From an uncultured Bacteroidota bacterium (GTDB lineage: Bacteria; Bacteroidota; Ignavibacteria; UBA10030; UBA8401): DNA of 64,000 bases. This document shows positions 9,869 through 18,692 of the stretch, piece after piece (within the stretch, counting starts at the first letter, position 1; every line of letters starts with the position of its first letter). The position numbers were made by a program, and so were the translations under genes. The DNA lies in the NCBI GenBank assembly GCA_963827085.1, contig CAWGZY010000003.1:1372856-1436855 (forward strand), in the 5' to 3' direction. Under the pieces are notes generated by a model that was given only the letters and a program-made list of their open reading frames with translations, was not told the DNA's origin and did no database searches.

Positions 9869-11500
9869 TTATTTAAGCAACAACATTTTTTTAGTGATAG
9901 ATTCCCCGGCACTTTCTAATTTATAGAAATAAATTCCGCTTGGCAAATTCGCACCGGTGAAGAGAGCTTCATGCAGACCTGAAGTCTCTTTTTCATTATT
10001 CACCAGAACCGCCACTTCCCGGCCCAGAAGATCGTACACCGAGAGGCGGACGAGTCCTGCGCTTTTCAGGCTGTAGAGGATCTCGGTACTCGGGTTGAAA
10101 GGATTAGGGTAATTCTGCGCCAGAGAAAAATCAACCGGACGCGGGCGGGAATCAACAACCGCAGTCGGAGTATACTGAAGCTGCGTGTCAATCCATTCCA
10201 AACGCGAGGAGAGAAATGATTCCATATAATCGATTTCTTTCTGGTACGTGTTGCGATCCTGATACCCTGTCGTTTCACGCCAGATAAATACTCCGAGGAC
10301 GGGCCATTTTACAAAATTCCTTTGCTGGGCTTCGTTCAGATAACCGGCACAGGAATCAATGAATGCCATTATCTTTGCGGTTGCGAATACACTTTCCCTC
10401 AAAGCTCTCCACCGGCTTTGCAATTTAGACTTGAAATTGGTGTCAGAGTACAGTGTTGCCCAGAAAAAAGGTGTATCGTTCGTTCCGGGATTCGAAAACA
10501 TCCAGCCGTCAACCACCCCATCATCGGGATAATTAGAGTTTCCCGCAGACTGGTCAAAGTCCCATACCGGACCGGCTGCAAGCTTCTGGTTTTTGTCCTT
10601 GTGAAAATAGGCGCTCCAGCCGTACGCATCGCTGTTGCGCATTGTTTCTTGCACGATCAGTTCATCGATAAATGCATTGACATCGATCCATTTTGCGTAT
10701 CCGTTCACCGTATCGGCGAAGTTGGGGAGGGCCATCGCGTATCTAAAATTATTGTCATAATTCTGAATATACTCCAATTGGACAGGAACGACATCCTCAG
10801 GCTTAGGATACACAATCATCCGGTTGTCGCCGAAATCACCCCCAAAGCCGTCAACCTCATAAATGTATCCCCCCGTGAGATTCTCTCCCGAGGTGTCTGC
10901 CGATGTAAGCTTGCTGATGTTCAGCCTGTTTTTCGTCCTCTTGATTTTTTCCAGTATGATATATACGCCCTCGTACTCACCGTTGAGAATAAGCTCACAA
11001 AAGCGGCAGCGGCTTGACCATCTTCCAGTCAATGTTGATAAATAGTGTGCCAAGGGATCTCGTATAAAGGTTCTGTCGATATACGAAGCTAAGAACGTCC
11101 AATCATTTTCTGCCGGCATGCCGAGAATCGACACATCCAAATTGGCACCGGTGCTGTCTTGTGTTTCAACAGCATATGGCTTTTTCGGAAACATTTGGGT
11201 CGAATTGCCGCGCAACTCGATGCCGATCTTACCGCTATAATTATTGAACGGATCCGTCACGTTATTCCTTACTCCTTCACCGTTCCAGATAATTCCCATG
11301 TCTGCCGTGATTTTAGGATCGTCCGGAATCGCCTGCCCATTGGTGTTGATCACCACAATCGGCAGATTTGATGAGGTAAAACTGATGGAAGAGGAGTCGT
11401 CCTTCGCCGCATCGGACATCGTGTTCTCTTCTCCGCGCAAGATTTGAAGATTCAGGAATGCGGCGACACACGAAAAAGTTACGATCGATCTCAGAAACAT
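9869..11500 (-). CDS. CotH kinase-like family protein with T9SS C-terminal sorting domain
   Basis: It carries the CotH signature LNGEYEGVYIILEKIKR and is collinear with the paralog at 16740. The C-terminus is QNYPNPFNPSTEILYSL...GIYFYKLE...KKMLLLK. Start taken at the signal peptide MFLRSIVTFSCVAAF (alternative start at 11560). Confidence 0.8.
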   Translation of the reverse strand: MFLRSIVTFSCVAAFLNLQILRGEENTMSDAAKDDSSSISFTSSNLPIVVINTNGQAIPDDPKITADMGIIWNGEGVRNNVTDPFNNYSGKIGIELRGNSTQMFPKKPYAVETQDSTGANLDVSILGMPAENDWTFLASYIDRTFIRDPLAHYLSTLTGRWSSRCRFCELILNGEYEGVYIILEKIKRTKNRLNISKLTSADTSGENLTGGYIYEVDGFGGDFGDNRMIVYPKPEDVVPVQLEYIQNYDNNFRYAMALPNFADTVNGYAKWIDVNAFIDELIVQETMRNSDAYGWSAYFHKDKNQKLAAGPVWDFDQSAGNSNYPDDGVVDGWMFSNPGTNDTPFFWATLYSDTNFKSKLQSRWRALRESVFATAKIMAFIDSCAGYLNEAQQRNFVKWPVLGVFIWRETTGYQDRNTYQKEIDYMESFLSSRLEWIDTQLQYTPTAVVDSRPRPVDFSLAQNYPNPFNPSTEILYSLKSAGLVRLSVYDLLGREVAVLVNNEKETSGLHEALFTGANLPSGIYFYKLESAGESITKKMLLLK

Positions 11501-11562
11501 CTTTACACTTCCCTTGCAATCAGTTATTGGAATCAAAATATGCGCTCCGGTCCGCGCCAAAA

Positions 11563-14454
11563 CTATTTGATCACCACCATTTTGTTCGTCTTAACAAAGC
11601 TCTCCGTTTGAAGGCGGTAGAAATAGATGCCGCTGGCAAAACCTGCGGCATTGAATGAAACCTCGTATTCGCCAGCAGGTTTTCTCTCGTTGTTCACCAG
11701 GACCGCTGCTTCCCTGCCGAGGATATCGTACACTGAGAGGCGGACGGTGCTGCTGCTTTTCAGCGTGTAGGTAATTTTCGTGGCCGGGTTGAAGGGGTTC
11801 GGATAGTTCTGCATGAGCGCGAATTCTTCCGGCGCCGTGCCCGCGCCGCGCACTCCGGTCGCTGTAAGATCGGTTCCGGTAAGAACAATTTCGGTTGTTC
11901 CTCCCGACGGGTTAACCGTATTGGCGCCGCTTGGCCAGATGCCGTCGGCATCCTTTACAACTGCGACGATTGTTCCATTGGCGTGCGAACGCTGTTCGAT
12001 CCGGCGTATGCCGTTGGACAAGATGTTCGGGAGTACTAACCCGAATGCTCCGTTCACTGCATCAACGCTGCTGCTGTAGAATGCCGCATAATTTTCGGCA
12101 GTCGAGTTCTCCGTACCGTCGCTCTCAACAAACGAGCCCGAGATCGGCCGGCCGGATCCGGCCGTGTCATCGTAGGCGAAGACAAAATCCTTCGGGTTCG
12201 CAGCACTCACGGCACGGAGTGCAGTTCCTGTGCTGTCCCCGGACGCCGAATCCAGTTTCACGACACGAACGGAATCTGTGCTAGTGCACAGAGTCGCTGC
12301 CGTTGTTCCTCCCATGCCGTCATTCAGGGTGATCCGAATAAAAACGTACTTGCCGGGAACAAAGCGTCTGTTTCCGGTTGGTTCGGTGATGAACCATCCT
12401 TCATAGGCGCCGGTGTCGTCGGTGACAAATGTGCCGTAATTTCCCGTTGTTGCAAGGCTCGGGTTGCCCGTACGGACGAAGTCTCCCGATGCCGATGCAA
12501 AAATGCAATTTCCCGAGCCGTTCGCCGTAATCGTATCTGTCGAGATGACCACCTGATTATTGAAGCGGTATGTCGTGTCGGGAAGCAGGCCGGTCAGTCT
12601 CGCCCGGTAGGCAAATGGAATACGGTTGGAATTGGTCCCGTTGATCCCTTCGATGTATTTGGGAAGGATGATCGCTGTGACCTGCGGGCCCATCAAGGTG
12701 ACTGCATGCGCCACCGGTATGGTGCCGCTCGTTCTGTAATTATAGGTGGCGGCATGCGACCCATCCCAGGCATACGGCAGGATCGAATAGTGATACGAAG
12801 TAGCAGCTGTAAGCCCTGCAATGGTGATAGACGTGGCTCCCCCCGATGGGATGAGTGCAGCGACTATTCCGTCGCCGATCGTATCGCCGACCGCGTAGCC
12901 CGTCCCGTCCGCCGGCAGGCCGGTCGGATCGACGCCCGTACGTTGAAGCACGATGTATCCGGTCGACCCTGCAGCGGCACTCCACGAAAGACGGATGCTC
13001 CCCGAAGAGATCGCGGCCGCCTTCAGCGAATCTGCCTGGGCAGACGGTTCGGCGGAAAGCGTATAAAAAGCTGCGTCTGTTGAATAGCCTGTGCCGGCGC
13101 TGTTGATCGCATATCCGCGAAAGTGGATCAATGTCCCGGCCGGCAAGCCGCTTACGGCAACCGTGAACACACTCGACGTATCCGGTACGCTGACTTTGGT
13201 ATCGGACGTTGTGGGATTGGGGGCCGTCGACCAGACGATACCCCGCTCGCTCACTGAGTCGTTTCCGCGCGAGATAATTTTTGAACCGAGGGTTGCCGTG
13301 GTCGATGTAATGTTTGTAACTGTCGGCAGTATCAACGTTGGTGAAAAAGTGTTGAGCGCAAAATTCGCCGTGAGAACCCGATTCTGGTTCATGAGGACGG
13401 TGAGGAGAGTGTCGGTTTCATGTCCTGTCGGAACATCTCCGGTCCATGAGACAAAGTGGTATGCGCTGTCAGGAATTTCTTTCAACCGAATGCTTGCGCC
13501 GAACTGATAACTCGGTTGATCCGGCGTTTTGATGACCGTTCCGTGGGAGAAACTCACGGTCAGGGAATACGAAAGCAGATCTGTCCCAGCCATGACGATT
13601 TCCGTCGTTCCGCCGGACGGGTTTATCGTGTTCGCGCCGCTTGGCCAGAGGCCGTCGGCATCGGAGGCTGAGGCCACAACTGTTCCGGCGGAGAGGGAGC
13701 GCTGCTCGATTCTGCGTACACCGCTGGATAACATATTCGGCAGTACTAAACCGAACGCTCCGTTTACACCATCGACATTGTTGCTGTAGAATGCCGCATA
13801 ACTGTTCGTTGCGGAATTGTCCGTTCCATCACTTTCAATGAACGACCCCGAGAGTGGGCGGCCCGTGCCGCCGGTGTCGCCGTAAACAAAAATAAAATCC
13901 TTCGGGCTTGCAGCAGTCGTGCAGCGGAGACCTGTGCCGGTGCTGTCGGTGAGCGCAGGGTCGAGTTTTACCACCTGCACGGAATCCGATGCCGTAAGCC
14001 GTGTGACCGCAGTCGTTCCGCCGGCACCGTCGTTCAGCGTGATGCGCATAAACACATACCGACCGGGAACAAACCGTTTATTCCCAGTTGGCTCCGTAAT
14101 GAACCATCCTTCATAACTTCCTGTCCCGTCGGTTGTGAATGAACCGTACGTTCCGGCTGTTGAAAGGCCTGGACCGCTCGTGCGAACGAAATTACCCGTC
14201 GCCGATGCAAAGATGCAATTCCCGGAACCGCTTTGGGAAGCGGCGTCTGTCGAGAGGATAATCTGATTGTAGAAACGATACGTGCTGTTCGCCAGCAGCC
14301 CGGCGAGTCTTGCGCGGTAGGCAAACGGAATGCGGTTGAGGTTTGTCGGGGTCACGCCTTCGATGTATTGGGGAAGGAGCACTGTCGTCAGTGTTTGCGA
14401 CAGCGACACTGCGTAAATACCGACGGCAAAAAATACTATGACGATGCGTTTCAT
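11563..14454 (-). CDS. Large secreted protein of unknown function with an internal tandem duplication (two repeats of about 310 aa), a central FN3-like region and a T9SS C-terminal sorting domain
   Basis: The signal peptide is MKRIVIVFFAVGIYAVSLSQ. Repeat 1 (LLPQYIEGVTPTNLNRIPFAYRARLAGLL...) and repeat 2 (ILPKYIEGINGTNSNRIPFAYRARLTGLL...) are about 65% identical. The C-terminus is QNYPNPFNPATKITYTL...GIYFYRLQ. Alternative starts are at 14463 and 14490. Confidence 0.75.
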   Translation of the reverse strand: MKRIVIVFFAVGIYAVSLSQTLTTVLLPQYIEGVTPTNLNRIPFAYRARLAGLLANSTYRFYNQIILSTDAASQSGSGNCIFASATGNFVRTSGPGLSTAGTYGSFTTDGTGSYEGWFITEPTGNKRFVPGRYVFMRITLNDGAGGTTAVTRLTASDSVQVVKLDPALTDSTGTGLRCTTAASPKDFIFVYGDTGGTGRPLSGSFIESDGTDNSATNSYAAFYSNNVDGVNGAFGLVLPNMLSSGVRRIEQRSLSAGTVVASASDADGLWPSGANTINPSGGTTEIVMAGTDLLSYSLTVSFSHGTVIKTPDQPSYQFGASIRLKEIPDSAYHFVSWTGDVPTGHETDTLLTVLMNQNRVLTANFALNTFSPTLILPTVTNITSTTATLGSKIISRGNDSVSERGIVWSTAPNPTTSDTKVSVPDTSSVFTVAVSGLPAGTLIHFRGYAINSAGTGYSTDAAFYTLSAEPSAQADSLKAAAISSGSIRLSWSAAAGSTGYIVLQRTGVDPTGLPADGTGYAVGDTIGDGIVAALIPSGGATSITIAGLTAATSYHYSILPYAWDGSHAATYNYRTSGTIPVAHAVTLMGPQVTAIILPKYIEGINGTNSNRIPFAYRARLTGLLPDTTYRFNNQVVISTDTITANGSGNCIFASASGDFVRTGNPSLATTGNYGTFVTDDTGAYEGWFITEPTGNRRFVPGKYVFIRITLNDGMGGTTAATLCTSTDSVRVVKLDSASGDSTGTALRAVSAANPKDFVFAYDDTAGSGRPISGSFVESDGTENSTAENYAAFYSSSVDAVNGAFGLVLPNILSNGIRRIEQRSHANGTIVAVVKDADGIWPSGANTVNPSGGTTEIVLTGTDLTATGVRGAGTAPEEFALMQNYPNPFNPATKITYTLKSSSTVRLSVYDILGREAAVLVNNERKPAGEYEVSFNAAGFASGIYFYRLQTESFVKTNKMVVIK

Positions 14455-14511
14455 CAAGGCCATTCTCCCTGGGAAAAACAGTCGCGACATTTTTTCAATG
14501 CGACGGAGCTT

Positions 14512-14617
14512 AACAGTATTTTCATGGGTGACATTTCTTATCAGTTAAAAACACCTGCAGTTCTTTTGAACTGCAAGTGTGATGTGTCCTTTGAGAAGGA
14601 AAGAAACTCGTGACGAT
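14512..14617 (-). repeat. Copy A of a duplicated 105-nt junction module (hairpin + start-codon region), here creating a 26-codon upstream ORF
   Basis: It is about 78% identical to 24012..24114. It includes hairpin 14554-14577. The upstream ORF MSPMKILLSSVALKKCRDCFSQGEWP runs 14534..14454, and its TGA overlaps the downstream ATG (TGATG). Confidence 0.6.
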
Positions 14618-16687
14618 CTATTTCAGCAGTATCATTTTCTTTATGATCGTTTGTCCGGAGCTTTCAAGCTTGTAGAAATAGATTCCGCTGCCAAGATTTG
14701 AACCTGAGAACATGACCTGATGACTCCCCGCCGTTTGTACACCGCTCACCAAAACTCCAACTTCGCTGCCCAATATATCATACACTGCCAGGCGGATATT
14801 TTCGTCCCCGGGCAATGAGTAGGTAATAGTCGTTGTCGGGTTAAACGGATCCGGATAGTTTTGCGAGAGGGAGTAAACCTGTGGAACGGTCCCAACTTCA
14901 ACTTCTGCCGACTGAGAATACTTGAACGAGCCGTCCCGGTCGATTTGTTTCAACCTGTATGTGTAGCGCCCTGACGTGATGTTCTTGTCGGTGAACGAAT
15001 ATTCATGCGGGGCGTTGCTCGTCCCTGCACCGGCGACAAATCCGATCTTTTGCCAGTCCGTTGCCGGCGCGGTATTCAACATAGTACATCTCTCCACGTC
15101 AAATCCGGTGTTGTTCACTTCGGTTGCTGTGCTCCATTTGAGTATTGCCATCGAACTTGTTGCAGCTGCGGTAAAAGCGGTCAATTCAACGGGCAGATCG
15201 ACGCTTCCGGAAGAGAGATTCGCGCCGGAAAAAGTTCCGGTTAGTGAAGCATTGGTAAATGTGAGCGCTGTTTGATCGGCAAGTGAAGCCATTGCAGCAC
15301 CGGTGGCACCCGAGCTTAGATCTGCCGCAACATACAAATACGCGCCCGAGGTTGGAATCAGTTGAGGGGCAGAAGAGAAATCGAATGTTACCGGTGATGA
15401 CGGTGAAGCGACGGTTGCCAATACTGTGGATGCCTCAACACTAAATGTTGCAGCGGTAGAATAGTAGAGCTTTAGATTTGCGACACCGCTGTATGTGCCG
15501 GACAATGTAACAACGGCTTGGGTCAGCTTACCGCCGGCGATATTTCCTGCAAGCTGAAATCTTCCGATTGGATTGTCGTTAGTATTGCGAGTTCCTGCCG
15601 GCGGTGTGTATGATGTTCCATCAGTAAATGTGATGGATGCATTGGGCGTGAATGCAACGCCACGGAAGATTTCATTTGTCGCCGCAGTGGCAAGCGTTGT
15701 AAATGGGGAGCTAGAGCCCGCATCAGTAACTCTCACTAAGTTATTGAGGCTCCCGGTTGCATCACTTGCATAGATGACAGGATTTGTACCAGACCAATCT
15801 ACTGCTAAACCTCTAATCCCTTTGCTTAAGTTAGTCTTTAATGTATAGGAATGACTCCATGTTGAACCGCCAAAAACCCATTTCTGTACTCCACCTCCAT
15901 TGGCTATAGATCGGTCATCTGCAATATAGATTGAATTCCCATCTGGACTTATGGAAAAGCCATAAGGACTCGGACTAGTACCGTCCATTGCAAAGAGATT
16001 GGTAATAGTCGCTCCTGAACTAGTCGGTAAACCGCTGCCAACAGAATTTATTCCTACATACGATGCTTGACCGCTTGAAGCATAGAGCTGACTATTAAAA
16101 ATATTCATGACACGAATATTTGTGTCGGTTATGCTTAATTGTGTCGAACTAGTTGCTCCAAGCGCAGCATACCGGACACCGCCATCAGCACCGGCTACCC
16201 AGAAGGCAGTTCCATCATTCGTAGCGGCGCCACGAATGTTATTTCCGGAAGACGCATCCGACAATTTCGTTGTAATATCCATCGACGCAGTCGCATCAAT
16301 TCTTGCGACAACTCGATTGACCGTTGCAGACGCTGTGCTGGCAATTGATGGTGTTAGGGGTGCAGCTCCATACCCGGCGATGGTAAGATAGCGTTTATCC
16401 ACAGAACCAACGATTGACCCTTCACTTGATGCCGATCCCGAAAGTGTCAACGGCGCATTGCTTCCCGATGCTGAGGTTGGTATTGCGATAGATTGCACGA
16501 ACGTGCCGCCGGTGGTATATTCATCGAGAAAAACAGCTGTTGAAGCACTGGCAAGGTTTCCGGATCCGTCACCAACCCGAACTACTACTATATTTCCTGC
16601 TGTAAATGATTGCGCGGCAAGAGAGAGGCAGCCCGCAATGATGAGAAAGAATATCGATAGCATTTTTTTCATAATCATTTCCTTCAT
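14618..16687 (-). CDS. Secreted protein with T9SS C-terminal sorting domain, possible beta-propeller/Ig-rich
   Basis: It has a signal peptide (MKKMLSIFFLIIAGCLSLAAQ) and Ser/Thr/Gly-rich beta-type sequence. The C-terminus is QNYPDPFNPTTTITYSL...GIYFYKLE...KKMILLK. Confidence 0.8.
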   Translation of the reverse strand: MKEMIMKKMLSIFFLIIAGCLSLAAQSFTAGNIVVVRVGDGSGNLASASTAVFLDEYTTGGTFVQSIAIPTSASGSNAPLTLSGSASSEGSIVGSVDKRYLTIAGYGAAPLTPSIASTASATVNRVVARIDATASMDITTKLSDASSGNNIRGAATNDGTAFWVAGADGGVRYAALGATSSTQLSITDTNIRVMNIFNSQLYASSGQASYVGINSVGSGLPTSSGATITNLFAMDGTSPSPYGFSISPDGNSIYIADDRSIANGGGVQKWVFGGSTWSHSYTLKTNLSKGIRGLAVDWSGTNPVIYASDATGSLNNLVRVTDAGSSSPFTTLATAATNEIFRGVAFTPNASITFTDGTSYTPPAGTRNTNDNPIGRFQLAGNIAGGKLTQAVVTLSGTYSGVANLKLYYSTAATFSVEASTVLATVASPSSPVTFDFSSAPQLIPTSGAYLYVAADLSSGATGAAMASLADQTALTFTNASLTGTFSGANLSSGSVDLPVELTAFTAAATSSMAILKWSTATEVNNTGFDVERCTMLNTAPATDWQKIGFVAGAGTSNAPHEYSFTDKNITSGRYTYRLKQIDRDGSFKYSQSAEVEVGTVPQVYSLSQNYPDPFNPTTTITYSLPGDENIRLAVYDILGSEVGVLVSGVQTAGSHQVMFSGSNLGSGIYFYKLESSGQTIIKKMILLK

Positions 16688-16739
16688 AAATACGAATGCG
16701 TATTGCTGCGATTGAAAGGTTGAAACATGAATTGAATCG

Positions 16740-18416
16740 TCACTTGATCAACTCCATCTTTTTTGTCTCTTTGAAGCTTCCCGATTGCAAACTATAAAAA
16801 TACACTCCGCTTGGCAGCAAGTGTGCATCGAAAGCAACCTGATACGATCCCGCTGATTTCCGTTCATTCACCAGTGTTGTCACTTCCCGGCCGAGAACAT
16901 CGTACACTCTGAGCACAACATCACCTGCCGTTGGCAGTTGGTAATGAATTACTGTCGTCGGATTGAACGGATTCGGATAGTTTTGAAACAGCACAAAGTC
17001 TTTGAATACAGCCGCCGTGCCCCGCACACTTGTTCCCTGGCTGACGTTTCCAGGCATATTTGCATCAAGCCAGGTCAGCCGCGTCGATATCCAGTTTTTA
17101 AACTTGGTGATTTCACCGTCGAACGTTGTCGGCTGCGCATCCACTTCAGGAGTGCCTACATCGATCCCTAAAATCGGCCATCTCTGGTAGTGACGTACTT
17201 GTGCTTCATCGACCAGTGTATGAATGGAATCGATGTAATGGTTAATAGATTCTTCACTGAGTATGGTATTACGCAGGAGAGAGTAACGAGTATGTAATTC
17301 ATTCGTAAAGGTTGTATCGTCCAATAATCGCACCATCCAACCGGGCGGAACCGGATATGACTTGCACACACTGCTAATCAGGTATGTCCATCCGGAACCG
17401 TCTATTGCATTGACCTCGCACTCGTTTATATTTTTCCATGCCCAATCAAAGTCCCACACGGGACCATCATGCAACCGCCCGTCTTTACTGTCTTTGTCTT
17501 TATAGAAGAAAGCGCTCTTTTTATAGGTATCCACATTCCGGGATACTTCACCGACAATAAAATAATCGATAAACGATGGCACGTCGAGATATTTTCTGTA
17601 TCCATTGACAGAATCGGCAAAATTTGGAGTAATCAGAACGCTGTCAAGCGATTTTACAAACCCTTGTATATATTTTTTTTGCGGATTTAAGATATCCTCC
17701 GGTTTAGGATACACATAAATGAAATATGGATACCCTCCGGGGCGGTCTAGCGCCTGATCTGTGCTGGTCCAGCCGTCTGTCCCTGTGCCATCGTTGTTAT
17801 CAATTTTTATGATATACCCGCCCGTAACATTGTCTCCCGAGGTATCTGTCGCAGTGAGTTTTGCAATATCGACACGATTTTTATCTCGTTTGATTTTTTC
17901 CGTCAGGACATAGATTCCTTCATAGACACCGTTTGAATCCAATTCACAAAGTTGAGTGTGCGGCTGATAATGTCCCATTTTTGTGAAAAGGTCAAAAGCG
18001 AGTGTATTTCGCATAAAGACCTTGTCATTATAGTTGGCGATCAAAACCCAGTCATTTTCCGCAGGCATGTTCAAGAGGGGGACATTGAGGTTGTTTCCTG
18101 CGCTGTCCCTGGTTTCAAAACCGTACGGCTTTTGAGGAAGCGTGGCAGAAAAAGAGCCTCGTATCTCAATACCCACATATCCATCGTAGACATTCGCCGA
18201 GTCTGTTACGTGGTTTTTTCGGAGGGGTTCATAATTGATAATTTTCATTCGGGCAGTGATCTTTGTCCCGTCCGGGATCGGCTGACCGTTCGTATTGATC
18301 TCAATGATCGGCAAGTTCGATGAGTCAAAAGCAACAGTCGCCGTGTTCTGACCGAACGTTTCTGTTGCAATGAGAACCATACATGTGATGCAAAAATTAT
18401 TCACAATCGTTTTCAT
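16740..18416 (-). CDS. CotH kinase-like family protein with T9SS C-terminal sorting domain (paralog of 9869..11500)
   Basis: It has a signal peptide (MKTIVNNFCITCMVLIATETFGQ) and the CotH motif LDSNGVYEGIYVLTEKIKRDKNR. The C-terminus is QNYPNPFNPTTVIHYQL...GVYFYSLQ. Confidence 0.85.
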   Translation of the reverse strand: MKTIVNNFCITCMVLIATETFGQNTATVAFDSSNLPIIEINTNGQPIPDGTKITARMKIINYEPLRKNHVTDSANVYDGYVGIEIRGSFSATLPQKPYGFETRDSAGNNLNVPLLNMPAENDWVLIANYNDKVFMRNTLAFDLFTKMGHYQPHTQLCELDSNGVYEGIYVLTEKIKRDKNRVDIAKLTATDTSGDNVTGGYIIKIDNNDGTGTDGWTSTDQALDRPGGYPYFIYVYPKPEDILNPQKKYIQGFVKSLDSVLITPNFADSVNGYRKYLDVPSFIDYFIVGEVSRNVDTYKKSAFFYKDKDSKDGRLHDGPVWDFDWAWKNINECEVNAIDGSGWTYLISSVCKSYPVPPGWMVRLLDDTTFTNELHTRYSLLRNTILSEESINHYIDSIHTLVDEAQVRHYQRWPILGIDVGTPEVDAQPTTFDGEITKFKNWISTRLTWLDANMPGNVSQGTSVRGTAAVFKDFVLFQNYPNPFNPTTVIHYQLPTAGDVVLRVYDVLGREVTTLVNERKSAGSYQVAFDAHLLPSGVYFYSLQSGSFKETKKMELIK

Positions 18417-18692
18417 GGTATCTCATTCAAAGTTTTTTTCCCAAGAGTATTTAGTCGCACTGGAAACGTGAATCTTGCAGGGCAGCCTTGTCCTCGGTAA
18501 TTTCCGATATTCAACTATGTATGCAGCCGGCATCGGAAATGGTTGTTGGTGATGGGTCAACAAGCAGCGCAAACACAGAAGACGCGAAAGGCCTCAAATT
18601 GATTCTGTCTCGCCAGCACAGGGATGTAAACAAATGGTGCATAGCAACATCGTCACTGTTGCTCAGACTCGAATATCACCGAAGGCATGCAA

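Noticed and set aside
11813-13789. Two plus-strand ORFs (11813..12079 and 13529..13789) with mutually similar translations
   Set aside because: They are antisense reflections of the internal tandem duplication in the minus-strand gene 11563..14454, not genes.
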